The position numbers were made by a program, and so were the translations under genes. Positions 63,661 through 64,000 of a stretch of DNA of 64,000 nucleotides are shown here, piece by piece; position 1 is the first letter of the stretch, and every line of letters starts with the position of its first letter. Source of the DNA: Pristiophorus japonicus (taxonomy: Eukaryota); contig NC_091987.1 in NCBI RefSeq assembly GCF_044704955.1, positions 186,992,001-187,056,000 on the forward strand, in the 5' to 3' direction. The notes beneath the pieces are model-generated. The model saw nothing but the letters and a program-made list of their open reading frames with translations, did not search any database and was not told where the DNA came from.

Positions 63661-64000
63661 ATAGAAAGTGACGTTGCAGTTTTTGCAGGTATATTGCTGA
63701 TACCTGCAAGCTCTGGCTGGTTGTTTGTCTCCACACCTCCAGCATGAGCTGGAGGCCCCATTGTTGGATATAAAAGGTCCATGACCAGTCGGTCGTCTCT
63801 GACTGTCTCTGTAACTGCCCTTAAGCGCACCATTAACAAATGTTGATGGCCCCATTACTGGCCGCATTGTCCATTGCGATGGCATGAATTGCCGTTCAGC
63901 TAGCCATTGTCTCTGTTGAATTCTCCCTTTGGGTTCGACTACATGCTGGGGCATGTCCGATTGCCCTTGTCTGCCTAGAGAACTGTGTGCCGCATTAACA

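Larger units (their letters stand above)
59919..64000 (-). mobile_element. Ty3/Gypsy LTR retrotransposon (3' LTR 59919-60166, PPT 60167-60180); continues beyond the window
   Basis: Minus strand order: gag CCHC, protease, RT, RNase H, integrase, PPT GGGAGGGGAGGTGA, LTR TGTCATGT...ACATATCA. Confidence 0.95.

Overview
This is eukaryotic DNA, almost certainly from a vertebrate. By my recognition of the repeat families (not a search), it most likely comes from a cartilaginous fish (shark). I could not identify a host-gene exon; the window looks like an intron or intergenic region filled with nested transposable elements. Retroelements: several CR1 LINE families (one young family with a near-intact ORF2 at 19911-22480 plus four shorter copies), RTE and L2 LINE tails, Penelope 3' ends with minimal hammerhead-ribozyme motifs, two unrelated Ty3/Gypsy elements, and four copies of a ~0.9-kb solo-LTR family. 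DNA transposons: a two-gene Harbinger element (HARBI1-like transposase plus an intron-containing Myb/SANT gene), about ten Harbinger-type MITEs, a pogo/Tigger MITE, and very old transposase relics, one of which looks P-element/THAP9-like. There are no prokaryotic systems such as CRISPR or operons. Family assignments rest on motif recognition by eye, and boundaries without a TSD or TIR are approximate.
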